The position numbers were made by a program, and so were the translations under genes. Shown piece by piece: positions 1 to 9,969 of a DNA stretch of 64,000 bases (position 1 is the first letter of the stretch; each line of letters starts with the position of its first letter). The stretch spans positions 2,784,001 through 2,848,000 of the forward strand of contig OY969724.1 of the NCBI GenBank assembly GCA_963702205.1, given 5' to 3'. Source of the DNA: an uncultured candidate division Zixibacteria bacterium (lineage in GTDB: Bacteria; Zixibacteria; MSB-5A5; GN15; PGXB01). The notes beneath the pieces are model-generated. The model saw nothing but the letters and a program-made list of their open reading frames with translations. It ran no database searches and was not told the DNA's origin.

Positions 1-704
1 TGGATGCGCGGATAAATCTCGGTTCGATGTATTTCGGGAATGAGAAATTGCCCGAGGCCGAGGAGCAGTTCCGCAAAGCTACTGAAATCGACCCCACCAG
101 TGCCGATGCCTGGTCCAATCTCGGCCTGACCTATTTCAAGGAACGCAAGTACCTTGATGCCGAACAGGCGCTTAAAAAGTCGCTTGAGCTGAACAAAAGC
201 AACGTCGAATTGAACAAAGACCTGGGCAGAGTCTTTATGGTCGAGAAGAAATGGCCGGACCTCATTGATGTCATGACAAAATATACATCAACCGTCGCGG
301 ATGATTATCTTAGCTTTTATCTGCTGGGCAAAGGGTATCAGAAACTTAAAAAATATCCTGAGGCGATAGAGGCTTACACGAAGTCGACCAAGCTAAACGG
401 TGATTACTTCAATTCGTTTAACAGCCTTGGCCAGATATATCAGGCACAGGAAAAATACCCCCAGGCATACCAGATGTTCAAAAAGGCCGCCGAGATCAAT
501 CCCGACAATTACCTGGCTCATTATAATCTCGCCATTGCGTACGAGCACGACAATCAGGACAAAGTCGACCAGGTCATTGCCAACTGGCAGAAATTCATAA
601 AGGTGGCCAAGAAGAATCCGAGGGCCAAGGAGCTAATAGCCCCTGCCGAGGATCATCTGAAAGAGCTGCAGGCTCTTAAGGATTACGAAAAAAACGAAGG
701 GTAA
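1..704 (+). CDS. Tetratricopeptide repeat protein (5' truncated by window edge)
   Basis: Repeated TPR motifs (AWSNLGLTY..A, SFYLLGKGY..A, SFNSLGQIY..A, AHYNLAIAY). The frame is open upstream of ATG 27 (DARINLGSM), so the start lies outside the window. Confidence 0.9.
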   Translation, partial: DARINLGSMYFGNEKLPEAEEQFRKATEIDPTSADAWSNLGLTYFKERKYLDAEQALKKSLELNKSNVELNKDLGRVFMVEKKWPDLIDVMTKYTSTVADDYLSFYLLGKGYQKLKKYPEAIEAYTKSTKLNGDYFNSFNSLGQIYQAQEKYPQAYQMFKKAAEINPDNYLAHYNLAIAYEHDNQDKVDQVIANWQKFIKVAKKNPRAKELIAPAEDHLKELQALKDYEKNEG

Positions 705-712
705 AATGCATG

Positions 713-743
713 AAGAACCCCGGTCAAAACGGGGTTCTTTTTT
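713..743 (+). terminator. Intrinsic terminator
   Basis: AAGAACCCCG-gtcaaaa-CGGGGTTCTT hairpin followed by a T run, just after the TPR gene stop. Confidence 0.8.
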
Positions 744-767
744 ATACCGTTAAACGCGGGTAACAGG

Positions 768-1640
768 TTGCTGGAAAAACTTAAAACTCCGATTGCCTGC
801 ACCAAACTCGGGCTCGGTTTCAATGTTTTCCTTCTAATCCTGAAATTAGTGGGAGGGATTTGGGGGCAATCTCAGGCGTTGCTGGCCGACGCCTTAAATT
901 CATTACTCGACATCGTCGCCAATATCGTCGTCTGGCTCGGCATTAAGATCGCCGAAAGGCCACCCGACCGCGAGCACCCCTATGGCCACGGAAACGCTGA
1001 CAATCTTGCGGCGATATTTGTCGCCATAGTGCTTTTCATCACCGGCGCTTATATCGGCCGCGATGCCTTCAGCACTATCATGGAAAAAAGCTACGCGACG
1101 CCCAATATCGTAGCCACCGTGGCGGCCATAGTCACCATATTAATCAAGCTTGCGCTTTACAAATTCACCGTCAAAATCGGTCGGGAATACCGCTCCCCGG
1201 CCGTAATCGCCAATGCCCAGGACCATCGTTCCGACGTTCTTATTTCTCTGGGGGCCCTGATCGGCATTATAGTCGCACAGCTCGGCTATCCCATTCTTGA
1301 CCCGCTGGCCGGGTTGTACATTGCCGTATTCATACTAAGGCAATCCGTAAAAATACTGCGTGAAAACGTCGGCACCCTGATGGTTTCATCGCCGGATATG
1401 GCTTTGGAAAAAGAGCTTAAAGAATATATATCGAATTTGGGTGAGGTAAAAAAAGTCGCCTGGATAAAAGGTCGTGCGGTCGGTTCGGGGTATTATATCG
1501 ACGCCGCGGTATGCGTGCGGGGCGATATGACCGTCAGTCGCGGCCATGATATCGCACACGATATAGGGACATCCGTCAGGGCCGCATTTCCGACCATCCT
1601 CGACGTGCTGGTTCACATCGAACCCGATTCCGAAAGCTGA
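768..1640 (+). CDS. Cation diffusion facilitator (FieF/CzcD-like) transporter
   Basis: ALLADALNSLLD, PPDREHPYGHG, AQDHRSDV and C-terminal VLVHIEP motifs; about 6 TM helices; TTG start. Confidence 0.93.
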   Translation: MLEKLKTPIACTKLGLGFNVFLLILKLVGGIWGQSQALLADALNSLLDIVANIVVWLGIKIAERPPDREHPYGHGNADNLAAIFVAIVLFITGAYIGRDAFSTIMEKSYATPNIVATVAAIVTILIKLALYKFTVKIGREYRSPAVIANAQDHRSDVLISLGALIGIIVAQLGYPILDPLAGLYIAVFILRQSVKILRENVGTLMVSSPDMALEKELKEYISNLGEVKKVAWIKGRAVGSGYYIDAAVCVRGDMTVSRGHDIAHDIGTSVRAAFPTILDVLVHIEPDSES

Positions 1641-1667
1641 CTTTGAGTGTTGTGACAGTTTTTAACC

Positions 1668-1695
1668 TTGACAAATGACGGGATCGTAATATTTT
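1668..1695 (+). promoter_or_regulatory. Sigma70-type promoter for putative sRNA
   Basis: TTGACA-N16-TATTTT. The same N16 geometry occurs at 25491-25464 and 51507-51480. Confidence 0.55.
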
Positions 1696-1701
1696 TTAAT
1701 T

Positions 1702-1783
1702 GAGAACTAAGAGAGTTTCTCTTTGGTTTCCATGGGCATGTCTCCTATCCCCTCTTGTCCAACCAAAGAAAACTCTCTTTTTT
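1702..1783 (+). ncRNA. Putative hairpin small RNA with C/U-rich (anti-SD-like) loop
   Basis: 19-bp stem (1709-1728 with 1761-1779, one bulge), inner stem TGGGCA/TGTCCA, loop TGTCTCCTATCCCCTCT, 3' U-tract and an upstream promoter; lies between convergent genes. Confidence 0.5.
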
Positions 1784-1815
1784 AATTCGTGAGAATTAAT
1801 CCGATACAATTAAAT

Positions 1816-1859
1816 AACCCCCGAAGCGGCCTACGGGGTTGACCACAGCGGGGGTTTTT
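1816..1859. terminator. Probable (bidirectional) terminator hairpin
   Basis: AACCCCCG...CGGGGGTT with A/T-rich flanks, downstream of the minus-strand gene ending at 1893. An alternative 3' arm CGGGGTT lies at 1834-1840. Confidence 0.55.
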
Positions 1860-1892
1860 ATGTGAGGGCTTTATCGTCGTACAATACCGCTT

Positions 1893-3129
1893 CTATTGAT
1901 CGAACTCCACTTTTTTAAAATCATACCAGTCGACCATGACGGCTTCTTTGTCGTTCCCTTCGAAAATAAATATACCCTTATTGTCGTCGTCGACGTCGTT
2001 CGAATCTCTGAGGCGGAATTCGCGGCCGTCTTTCAGCTTTACGACGCTGCTGCTGCGGGACCGTCTTTCGATCGACGCGATATTGCCGAACTCGATGTCC
2101 ATATCGACGTCGTTGTACTTTCCGTCCAGGAGCTCCCACGTGTATTCTTCGTCGTCGTCCCATTTGACGCGGCCGTTGTACTTCTCGCCGTCCTCTGTAT
2201 AGACCGTTCCGTGAAGAAGCTTGCCGCCGTCAAAATCGCCGTATTTCGGCTCAGCCGGACCATCACTGAACTCGATGCCGTCGAATTCGTCCCAATCCAC
2301 AATGATGCGTCCGAGGTTTTTATCAAAAACACAAATGCCCCGGTTACCGCTGTCGATGTCATTGGATTCGGTCAGCCGCATTTCATTACCGCTTTTGAGA
2401 GTAACATTGGCGCTGCTCGACGAGCGCCTTTCTATTTTTTCGATATTGCCGAATTCGATTTTTCTCTTCCGGCTCGATTCGCGGCCGTCGAGAATGTCAT
2501 TATCGAAAATCTCATCGATATCCCAGGTGATAAATCCGGTGAAATCATCGCCGCGACGGGTCATGACTTTGCCGTAAAGCCTTTTGCCGAAGCCTTCTTC
2601 GTTCGGTGCTTCCATGAATTCCACTTTATCTATATCAGACCAGTACAACTCCAGTTCGCCTTCTTTTTTATCTTTAATAAGGATTTCTCTGACGTCGTCG
2701 CCAATATCGGTCGAGCCTCCTTCCAAATAGACCTCTTCTCCCGATTTCAGTACCAGCGTAGCCTCATCGCTGCCATCGGGCATAATGGTCTTGATATGAC
2801 CCATCTCAATTCCTGATTCGGCGGCGTCGACACCGAAAAAGCTGCCGTCGTTTTCATCGTAAACTGTCAGCCCGAAAATCGAAATGCGGCGGTCGCGACG
2901 TTTGCGGTCATGATAATAACGTCTGTCCCGCTCGCGATCGAGTTCTTTGGTGCCGTCGAGTATATCGTGCCAGGAGCCTTCGTTTTTATCCCAACGAATG
3001 AATCCTTCATAGACTTCATCATCGGTCGTGTATATTTTTCCGTAAAGTTCTCCACTTCCGGCGGATGCCGACGCGCAAATCATGACTACGAACACTCCAA
3101 ACCCCAGCAATAGCAGTACCTGATTTCAT
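1893..3129 (-). CDS. Secreted acidic hypothetical protein with three ~120-aa internal repeats (probable 1-nt indel at start)
   Basis: Signal peptide; three repeats of G(K/T)(I/V)xT..G.I.WD..E...D(I/L)LDG. The RBS GAGGT plus ATG at 3129 is one base out of frame with ORF 1893-3110. Confidence 0.75.
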
Positions 3130-3248
3130 AGTAAACCTCGCGTAGACGGATATTTATTCACTTTTTAAATTGGACGGCAAAAAAAAGAGAAAGTTGCAAT
3201 TAATTGCCGAATATAGGGATCATAAGGGATTTTATTACGCGATGATCT

Positions 3249-6110
3249 CTACTTGAGAAGGACCATTTTCCGAACCTGACGAATCGAGCCTCCGCTCAGT
3301 TTATAGAAATAGATACCGCTTGGAGCTGTCCGGGAATTTTCCACACGACCGTCCCAGGAGACCTCGTGTCGCCCCGCTCCAAGATATCCAAAATCGAATT
3401 CCCTGACAACCTGGCCGAGGATATTGAATATTTCCATCTTCACTTGAGACCTTCTATCCAGCACGAAGGCAATAGTGGTTTGAGCATTAAACGGATTGGG
3501 ATAGTTCTGTTTCAATTCCATTTTGTCGGGAAGCAAGTCTTCGTCATCACCCACGGCCGTTGGATGCCCCACAAACAGCGATCCGACCTTTATACCGGGG
3601 TAGTTTTTAACCAGAAAAGTATCGAGGATGTAAGCGCCGGAACTGTCGGAATAAAGTGTATCGAGCACGGCGATGGCATTGGTATCGCGGGCGGTGTAAA
3701 ACAGATTGCCGAGAAAATATCTGCCTGGTGGCAGCGCCAAGGAATCGAATATGGCCGGACTCAGGCGGAACCCGAATTCACCGACGGCGTCACCGCTGAA
3801 CCCCTGGTAGAAATCGACTCCGGGCGGCCACGTGCTGAGGCTGAAGTCAAGCGAATCCAGCGCGACAATATGGCTGTCCGATGCAAACGGGACATAACCG
3901 GACTTGGCCGGTTCCAGCAGGTCGATAAATATCGGGACCACGCCGATCATGCCGGGCATGGTATTACTGTTCATAAAGACGATGCTGTCTCCGGAAGAAA
4001 GATAGAGATTCACAGGCACCGCTACGGAGACATTAAACGAAGCGCTGTCATAAATATCGATATGAGTCTTGTAAAACCCCGAACTGAGATTTTCAGTGTT
4101 TACTCCGACGGAGATGACATCGTTATCGGTTCCGAATGATTTATCAATGCTGAGCCAGATCGAGTTTTCGAGCGCCGTCCATGCCAGACTCCCGGTAGCA
4201 CCGTTTATTACGGTCAACTGCTGTATCGGATTATCACCGACGACCGCGAAGAAATCCAGTTGATCGGGCATAACGGCCAGGTACGGTTTATTGTCGACCA
4301 GGCTTAATTCAACCCAGCAGGTTTCCGGCGAATTGGCCGCTTCGGCCGAGACAATTTCCACCGGCGCCCAATAATCGCCCGGGTCGAGATTGAAAATCGA
4401 AACACCAAGTTCCAGACTATCGCCCCCGGCGCCCGACGATGCACTGAAAATGTCCAGCCAGTCGGCCGATTCAGATGCGTGCCATGTCAATGTACCGGAA
4501 CCGGCGTTTAATATTGCTATTGTCTTATTTTCAGGATTACCGACAGCCGCGTGTGCCGGGAATATCAAGGTATCGGGAACGATATCTATCAGCGGCGATG
4601 ATACGGTCAGGCGGACCGGGATAATAACAGTCGAATCGTTCTGGCTGACATTTACCAGCCTGATCTGGCCGTAATAATCCCCATTGCCGAATGTATTGTC
4701 GAGCACTTCGACGGAAAACGTATCGGGCGTTGTCCCTGAATTCGGGGTAACGCTCAGCCAACTGACATTGGTCGTGGCACTCCAATCAAGGGCCCCGTAC
4801 CCGGCATTGGTGACAAAAACCTCCACCGGATCCGGAGGCGGTTGACCGTACTCCATATCAAATATTATCTCATCGACACTGGGCACGAGCGATGGATCGT
4901 TGTACTTTATAATCGACGCATAAATATCGAAATTACCGTTGCGATAGTCGGACCAGGTGGCGAACATTTTGAAACCGTCGGCGGCGATATCCGGCTGCAG
5001 CTGCTTGCCGATCACTTCCTGTGAAAGAAGAAAACTGCTCGGAGCCAGCACTCCCCGATAGTCGATAATTCTGGCGCGCACATCCCAGTTATCCGACGTC
5101 GAATCGGCCCACGCCACGCAGACGTTGCCCATAGCGTCGGCACAGATAGCGCAGTCGCGTTGCGGACGACCACCGTCGATTCCGACTATTTTGACCGAGG
5201 CTTCGAGCGGTGTGCCGTCGGCGGCGTAACGCCGGACATAGATATCCGGATTCGCCGGATAAATGCCGTTGCGCCAGTCGGTCCAGGCGACAAAGAACCG
5301 CCCGTTGATATCGGCCGCAATCGCCGGAAAAGCCTGGCGTTTGCCAGTGGCGTCATCGTTGACCATAAAATTGGTCCCCGTCGGATCCGCCGATTGGTCG
5401 AAGCGCTGGGCGTAGATATCGTCGTCGCCGTTTCGGTTATCATACCATGCCACGACAAAACCGCCGTCGGCCAGCGCCGCCACGCGCGGGGCATGCTGGG
5501 CGGCTTTGGCGATATCATCGTTGATAATAAAATTGCCCTGTATCATCTGCCCGTCGGCCGTAACGATCTGGCCGTATATGTCCCAGTTCTTATTGCGATA
5601 GTCCGACCAGACAGAAACAAATGACCCATTGACAAGGACGGCAATGTCGGCCGACTCCCGGGTGGAATCGGGCGCCAGGGCGGTGATTTCGATATTATCC
5701 GAACCGGACAGGGTGTCTATGGGAGCGAAAAATATATCGGCTCCGAACGGGTAAGAACCATTTCTGAAATCCTGCCAGACGGCTGCGAATTGCCCGAGGT
5801 TATTGGCGGCGACAGACGGATGATATTGCGGTGATGAACCGATGTCGTTGTTAAGCTTGTAATTGTCGCCCGAAGCCGTTCCGGAGCTGTCGAAGAACTG
5901 GAAATATATATCGCTGTTGGCGGAGCGCTTGTCGGTCCAGACGATGATAAAATCGCCGCTGTGATCGACCGCTATACGGGGGTCGGCCTGATCGGTTACC
6001 GTTTGATCGTCGTTGACGCGAATATCAAAAATATCGGCCGTGCATAGTTGCACCACGCCAACCAGACAGAGGCTAATCAGAAAGGCGATTTTGAATATTC
6101 TTTTAGCCAT
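3249..6110 (-). CDS. Secreted beta-propeller + BACON/Ig-repeat protein with FlgD-Ig/T9SS-type C-terminal sorting domain
   Basis: Signal peptide; 7 repeats of WxDxRNG..DIY; three L.W.A....WL.V (BACON-like) repeats; C-terminal QNYPNPFN..IFNILGQ..WDG..SGIYFYKL. Confidence 0.88.
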   Translation of the reverse strand: MAKRIFKIAFLISLCLVGVVQLCTADIFDIRVNDDQTVTDQADPRIAVDHSGDFIIVWTDKRSANSDIYFQFFDSSGTASGDNYKLNNDIGSSPQYHPSVAANNLGQFAAVWQDFRNGSYPFGADIFFAPIDTLSGSDNIEITALAPDSTRESADIAVLVNGSFVSVWSDYRNKNWDIYGQIVTADGQMIQGNFIINDDIAKAAQHAPRVAALADGGFVVAWYDNRNGDDDIYAQRFDQSADPTGTNFMVNDDATGKRQAFPAIAADINGRFFVAWTDWRNGIYPANPDIYVRRYAADGTPLEASVKIVGIDGGRPQRDCAICADAMGNVCVAWADSTSDNWDVRARIIDYRGVLAPSSFLLSQEVIGKQLQPDIAADGFKMFATWSDYRNGNFDIYASIIKYNDPSLVPSVDEIIFDMEYGQPPPDPVEVFVTNAGYGALDWSATTNVSWLSVTPNSGTTPDTFSVEVLDNTFGNGDYYGQIRLVNVSQNDSTVIIPVRLTVSSPLIDIVPDTLIFPAHAAVGNPENKTIAILNAGSGTLTWHASESADWLDIFSASSGAGGDSLELGVSIFNLDPGDYWAPVEIVSAEAANSPETCWVELSLVDNKPYLAVMPDQLDFFAVVGDNPIQQLTVINGATGSLAWTALENSIWLSIDKSFGTDNDVISVGVNTENLSSGFYKTHIDIYDSASFNVSVAVPVNLYLSSGDSIVFMNSNTMPGMIGVVPIFIDLLEPAKSGYVPFASDSHIVALDSLDFSLSTWPPGVDFYQGFSGDAVGEFGFRLSPAIFDSLALPPGRYFLGNLFYTARDTNAIAVLDTLYSDSSGAYILDTFLVKNYPGIKVGSLFVGHPTAVGDDEDLLPDKMELKQNYPNPFNAQTTIAFVLDRRSQVKMEIFNILGQVVREFDFGYLGAGRHEVSWDGRVENSRTAPSGIYFYKLSGGSIRQVRKMVLLK

Positions 6111-6123
6111 AGCGACTTATGAT

Positions 6124-6139
6124 TGCAATCGGAATGCCG
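6124..6139 (-). promoter_or_regulatory. Sigma54-type (-24/-12) promoter
   Basis: Minus strand CGGCATTCCGATTGCA (GG-N10-GC), with an AT-rich tract upstream (6180-6250). Confidence 0.55.
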
Positions 6140-6251
6140 GAAAGCCGACAGCGAGTTAACCCTGAGTACACTTCATAACACATTGAAGAATAATGAATTA
6201 TTATTATCAATTAATCAATTAATTTAATGTTCGATTTTTATAAATAAAGAA

Positions 6252-6292
6252 CGGGGAAAGTCGTTCCGAAAGTGCGGGAACGAATTTCCCCG
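6252..6292 (-). terminator. Intrinsic terminator after HU/bS22-like genes
   Basis: Long inverted repeat CGGGGAAA.TCGTTCC...GGAACGA.TTTCCCCG followed on the minus strand by TTCTTTATTT. Confidence 0.7.
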
Positions 6293-6323
6293 AAAAAATT
6301 CCTGCCAGTAAATTTATATTTAG

Positions 6324-6419
6324 CTAGCGATTTTTCTTTTTATGACGGTCAGCTCTCCTGCGTTTTCTGCGCTTATGAGTTTTAATTTTCTGACGTTTTC
6401 TCTTCTTTCCGCTCGGCAT
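6324..6419 (-). CDS. Small basic protein, bS22/AURKAIP1-COX24 (mS38-like) family; not in ORF track
   Basis: My translation is MPSGKRRKRQKIKTHKRRKRRRADRHKKKNR* (31 aa), preceded by a GGAGG RBS. It matches the MPxGKxRKRxKxxxHKRxKR pattern. Confidence 0.88.
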   Translation of the reverse strand: MPSGKKRKRQKIKTHKRRKRRRADRHKKKNR

Positions 6420-6449
6420 TAATCCTCCATCTCAGGAAACTGTAATTAG

Positions 6450-6734
6450 TTAGACAGGCAGTTTGGTTATCATGTTCTTGAATTCGTTCGAGGGCTTAAA
6501 CACTGGCACTTTTCTTCCCGGCACAGGAACAACTTCCCCTGTTCTCGGATTTCGCGCTTTGCGTTCCTTGCGTAATTTGATTTTGAACGTACCGAATCCG
6601 CGAATTTCGATATTATTGCCGACCTCCATTGATTTCTTCACGGTATCAAGAAAGGCGTCAACGACTACGGCAACATCTGTCCTGGTCAGGCCGGTTCTTT
6701 CGGCCACCCTTTCAACCAGATCAGCCTTGGTCAT
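6450..6734 (-). CDS. HU/IHF family DNA-binding protein
   Basis: MTKADLV..., IRGFGTF, RKARNPRTGE and PVFKPS signature motifs. Confidence 0.96.
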   Translation of the reverse strand: MTKADLVERVAERTGLTRTDVAVVVDAFLDTVKKSMEVGNNIEIRGFGTFKIKLRKERKARNPRTGEVVPVPGRKVPVFKPSNEFKNMITKLPV

Positions 6735-6897
6735 ATTTTCCTCCCTCTCAAGCTTACTGGTTTATTATCATTTCTTTTTTTCATAATACATATTCCCAAA
6801 TTCTGTCAAAGAACAAATTGACGATTCACGCTAAGCCTTTGACAAATCGTTACATAAGGTAAATTATTTCAAAAAATAACGCAAGGATTTTTATAAA

Positions 6898-7797
6898 TTA
6901 ATATAGATATAAAACACGGGGTCCCTGCGAGTAAGCTCCCGATGTCAGGTCGTGAAGCTGGGACATAAACGACCCGAGAAAATCAAAAATACCGGGTTTC
7001 GGTTTGACAACCTTCACCAAATCAGGCTCGCCCTGTATCCCGGCCAGGTCGGCGGTGTATTTGACGGCATCCTCGAACGTCCCGAGCGTATCAACCAGAC
7101 CAAGTTCATAGGCCTGCCGCCCGCTGAATATCGACCCATCGGCCAGCGGATAAATGTCTTCCTTGCTCATATGGCGGCCCTCGGCGACTATGTCCACAAA
7201 CTGTTCATAGGTGTCCATGACCATGGAAGTCAGCATCTTCCGCTCTTTTTCGGTCATCGGTCGGTCGCGCGATCCGACGTCTTTTAATTCCCCGGATTTA
7301 ATCGTTTCATACGAAACCCCGATAGTCTTCAAAAGTTTTTCGGCATTCATGAATTGAATGATCACGCCGATAGAACCAACGATCGCCCCAGGATTGGCCA
7401 TTATGGCATCACACCCGCACGCCGCCATATATCCTCCCGATGCGGCCAATGACAGGCAGGAGGCTACCACAACCTTGCCCTTTTCCTCGCGGATTTTTCT
7501 TATTTCCTGATAGACTTCCTGAAATGGCGCCGCGGCACCGCCCGGCGAATCGATATGCAGGATAATGGCCTTGATATTGTCGTTGTCACCCCATTTTTTC
7601 AACTGCTTGATAATATCGGCTGAATCATAAACGGCCCCGTAGATTTCTATTACCGCAATCTTGTCTCCAAAGCCACCGAGGCTGATTTCATTGTCGCCGC
7701 TGAGCGCGCCGAAAAATACAAGGCTTAAAAAACCAAATCCGAATATAAAACTGAAAATGATAATAACCGCAATCACGATATCACGTTTCCTGGCCAT
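6898..7797 (-). CDS. sppA: Signal peptide peptidase SppA (short, 36K type)
   Basis: IDSPGG, AASGGY, GSIGVI and KSGELKD motifs; N-terminal TM helix. Confidence 0.93.
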   Translation of the reverse strand: MARKRDIVIAVIIIFSFIFGFGFLSLVFFGALSGDNEISLGGFGDKIAVIEIYGAVYDSADIIKQLKKWGDNDNIKAIILHIDSPGGAAAPFQEVYQEIRKIREEKGKVVVASCLSLAASGGYMAACGCDAIMANPGAIVGSIGVIIQFMNAEKLLKTIGVSYETIKSGELKDVGSRDRPMTEKERKMLTSMVMDTYEQFVDIVAEGRHMSKEDIYPLADGSIFSGRQAYELGLVDTLGTFEDAVKYTADLAGIQGEPDLVKVVKPKPGIFDFLGSFMSQLHDLTSGAYSQGPRVLYLY

Positions 7798-7805
7798 AAT
7801 CTCCC

Positions 7806-9933
7806 CTAATCATAATAAATTTTCAACTTGTCGCCGATATTAATCAATCCCGGATCCGTCAATCCGTTCCAGACCATAAGCTTCGATACCGTCGTGCGGT
7901 TTTTGTAAGCGATCTTCGAAAGCGTGTCGCCACGACGAATCGTGTAAATCGTAAAGCTCGTCTTGCCCGAAGGAATAACGAGTTTCTGGTTGGCGTAAAT
8001 CCGGCTCCGCCGTCCCATACCGTTGGCCTGGCGGATGCTCGACACGGTTGTTCCGTGCATCCTGGCTAAATCCCAAAGAGTGTCGCCGGGCTTTACCTTG
8101 TAAGTCGTGCTTTCCTTACCGTCGGAATCCGCGTCAGATGACGACGACGATAATTGGGTCGTATTGGCCGAGGCTACCGCACCCGAACCGGATTCAAATA
8201 TCAGCAGCTTCTGGCCGACATGGATTCTGGCCCGGCGGTCGAGATTATTCAACCGGCGGATCTTATCGGTCGACGTGCTGAACGCCCGGGCAATATCCCA
8301 TACGGTATCGCCGGAGCGGACATAATAATAACTACCGGCAGCCTGATATTCCCGCTTGGGTTCCTTGCGGTCGCCATAATAGCTGTCGTTGGGCACGGGG
8401 ACAATCAGAGTTTTTCCGGCATATATTTTCGAGCGTCGAGAAAGATTATTGGCCTGCAAGATGGCATCTTGAGATACACCATAATGCCGGGCGATAGTTG
8501 AAACCACCTCGCCGCGCCTGATGGTATGGCGGACAAAGCTGGTCTCCTGCGACGAGGGCATGTCGTCATAAGCGGCCAGGAATTTCTCGCGGGTGTCCCG
8601 AGGAACGCGCAGAGTATAATTTTTTTCATTGGGCGGCGTGAAATTGCGGAGCAATTCCGGGTTAAGTTCCTTTAAATCCTTAAGCGAGCAGCCCAGTTCT
8701 TTGGCCACTACTTTCAGGTCCAGGCATTTGTCAATCTCCACCTCATCATATTCCCATTTCGGCTCATAATCAATATCGGTGAAACCGAATTTTTCGGGGC
8801 TTTTTGAGATAATCGTGGCGGCCATGAAAAACGGAACATAATCTTCGGTCTGCTTGCGCAGATCCATTTTCCAGAAATCGGTCGTTTTCTGATGCTTGAT
8901 CGTTTTGCGGACCCGCCCCGGCCCGCCGTTATAGGCGGCCATGGCCAGCTCCCAGCTCCCGAATTCATCGTACAAATCTTTCAAGAAGCGGGCGGCGGCG
9001 TGCGTCGCCTTTACCGGATCCTTGCGTTCGTCCAGCCACCACGAACGATCCAGCCCGTACAGCTTCCCGGTCGACGCGATAAACTGCCACAGCCCCATGG
9101 CCCGTGCCCAGGAATAGGCATTGGGGCTGTACCCCGATTCCACGGAAGCCAGATAGGCCATGTCCTCGGGTATACCGTGCTCGCTGAAAATCTTTTTGAA
9201 TAAAGGCAAAAACTTGGTCGATCGCGAAAGATGTTTGGCGAAAGCATCGCGGGCCACCGTCTGATAGTACAATATGCAATTTTTGACCCGCTCGTTCATG
9301 ATAATCGGGACGTCGTAAGCGACCTTCTCCTGCGTAATTTGATCGATGCGTTTGAATTCGGTCGTATCCATTTTGAGGTGATTTATTTCTGAAAAGCGCG
9401 ACATAAGAGCATCGGAGGAAACATCGCCGGGCAAATGTCCGAGAGATAACAAAGTCTGGCGATATCCGGTCGCCAGCTCGGCCAGTAGCTGATTGTACTT
9501 GGCGGCTTCCGGAGTTTCCGATTCTGGATCGAGATCGAGTTCCCCAAGGATGGAAATACACTTTTCAAAATAGTACTGCGCCTCTTCCCACGCGGCTTCC
9601 TTGTTGGCCAGAACGCCCATGCTGTAGTACCTCATAAGCCAGGTTCAGATATCTCCAGATTTCATCGTCCACCGCCACCGTCGTATCGTTGGCATTTTGG
9701 GCCGAGTCCTGAACGGCATAGGGAGATTGTTCGGTGCGGTCAAGATAAATATCCTCCTCGACCGAAGCCAGCGGGGCACTCCCCTGATTATCGCTCGATG
9801 AGCTGTCTGAAAAATGAGGTTTGGCGTTTTTTTCGGCAGGCGGTTGACCCAGGTTTGGATTGGTGCAGGAGATTAAAACAATCCCCAGAAGAAAAGAAAA
9901 AACGGCAGAAATCTTGGCTTTTTTCATGATCAT
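7806..9933 (-). CDS. mltD: Lipoprotein lytic murein transglycosylase MltD-like with 4 LysM domains; frameshift at ~9630
   Basis: Lipobox LISC in ORF 9565-9933; SLT motifs VESGY, AMGLWQF and AAYNGG plus LysM repeats in ORF 7806-9635. Removing one G in GAG-G-TAC joins them (…LAYE-YYSMG…). Confidence 0.88.
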
Positions 9934-9969
9934 AATTTTCCAATAGTTATATAACTTCCATCCTAATAT

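Noticed and set aside
3195..3209. Sigma54-like CGGCAATTAATTGCA upstream of the repeat protein
   Set aside because: GG-GC spacing is 9 rather than the strictly required 10. It may just be a palindrome (GCAATTAATTGC).
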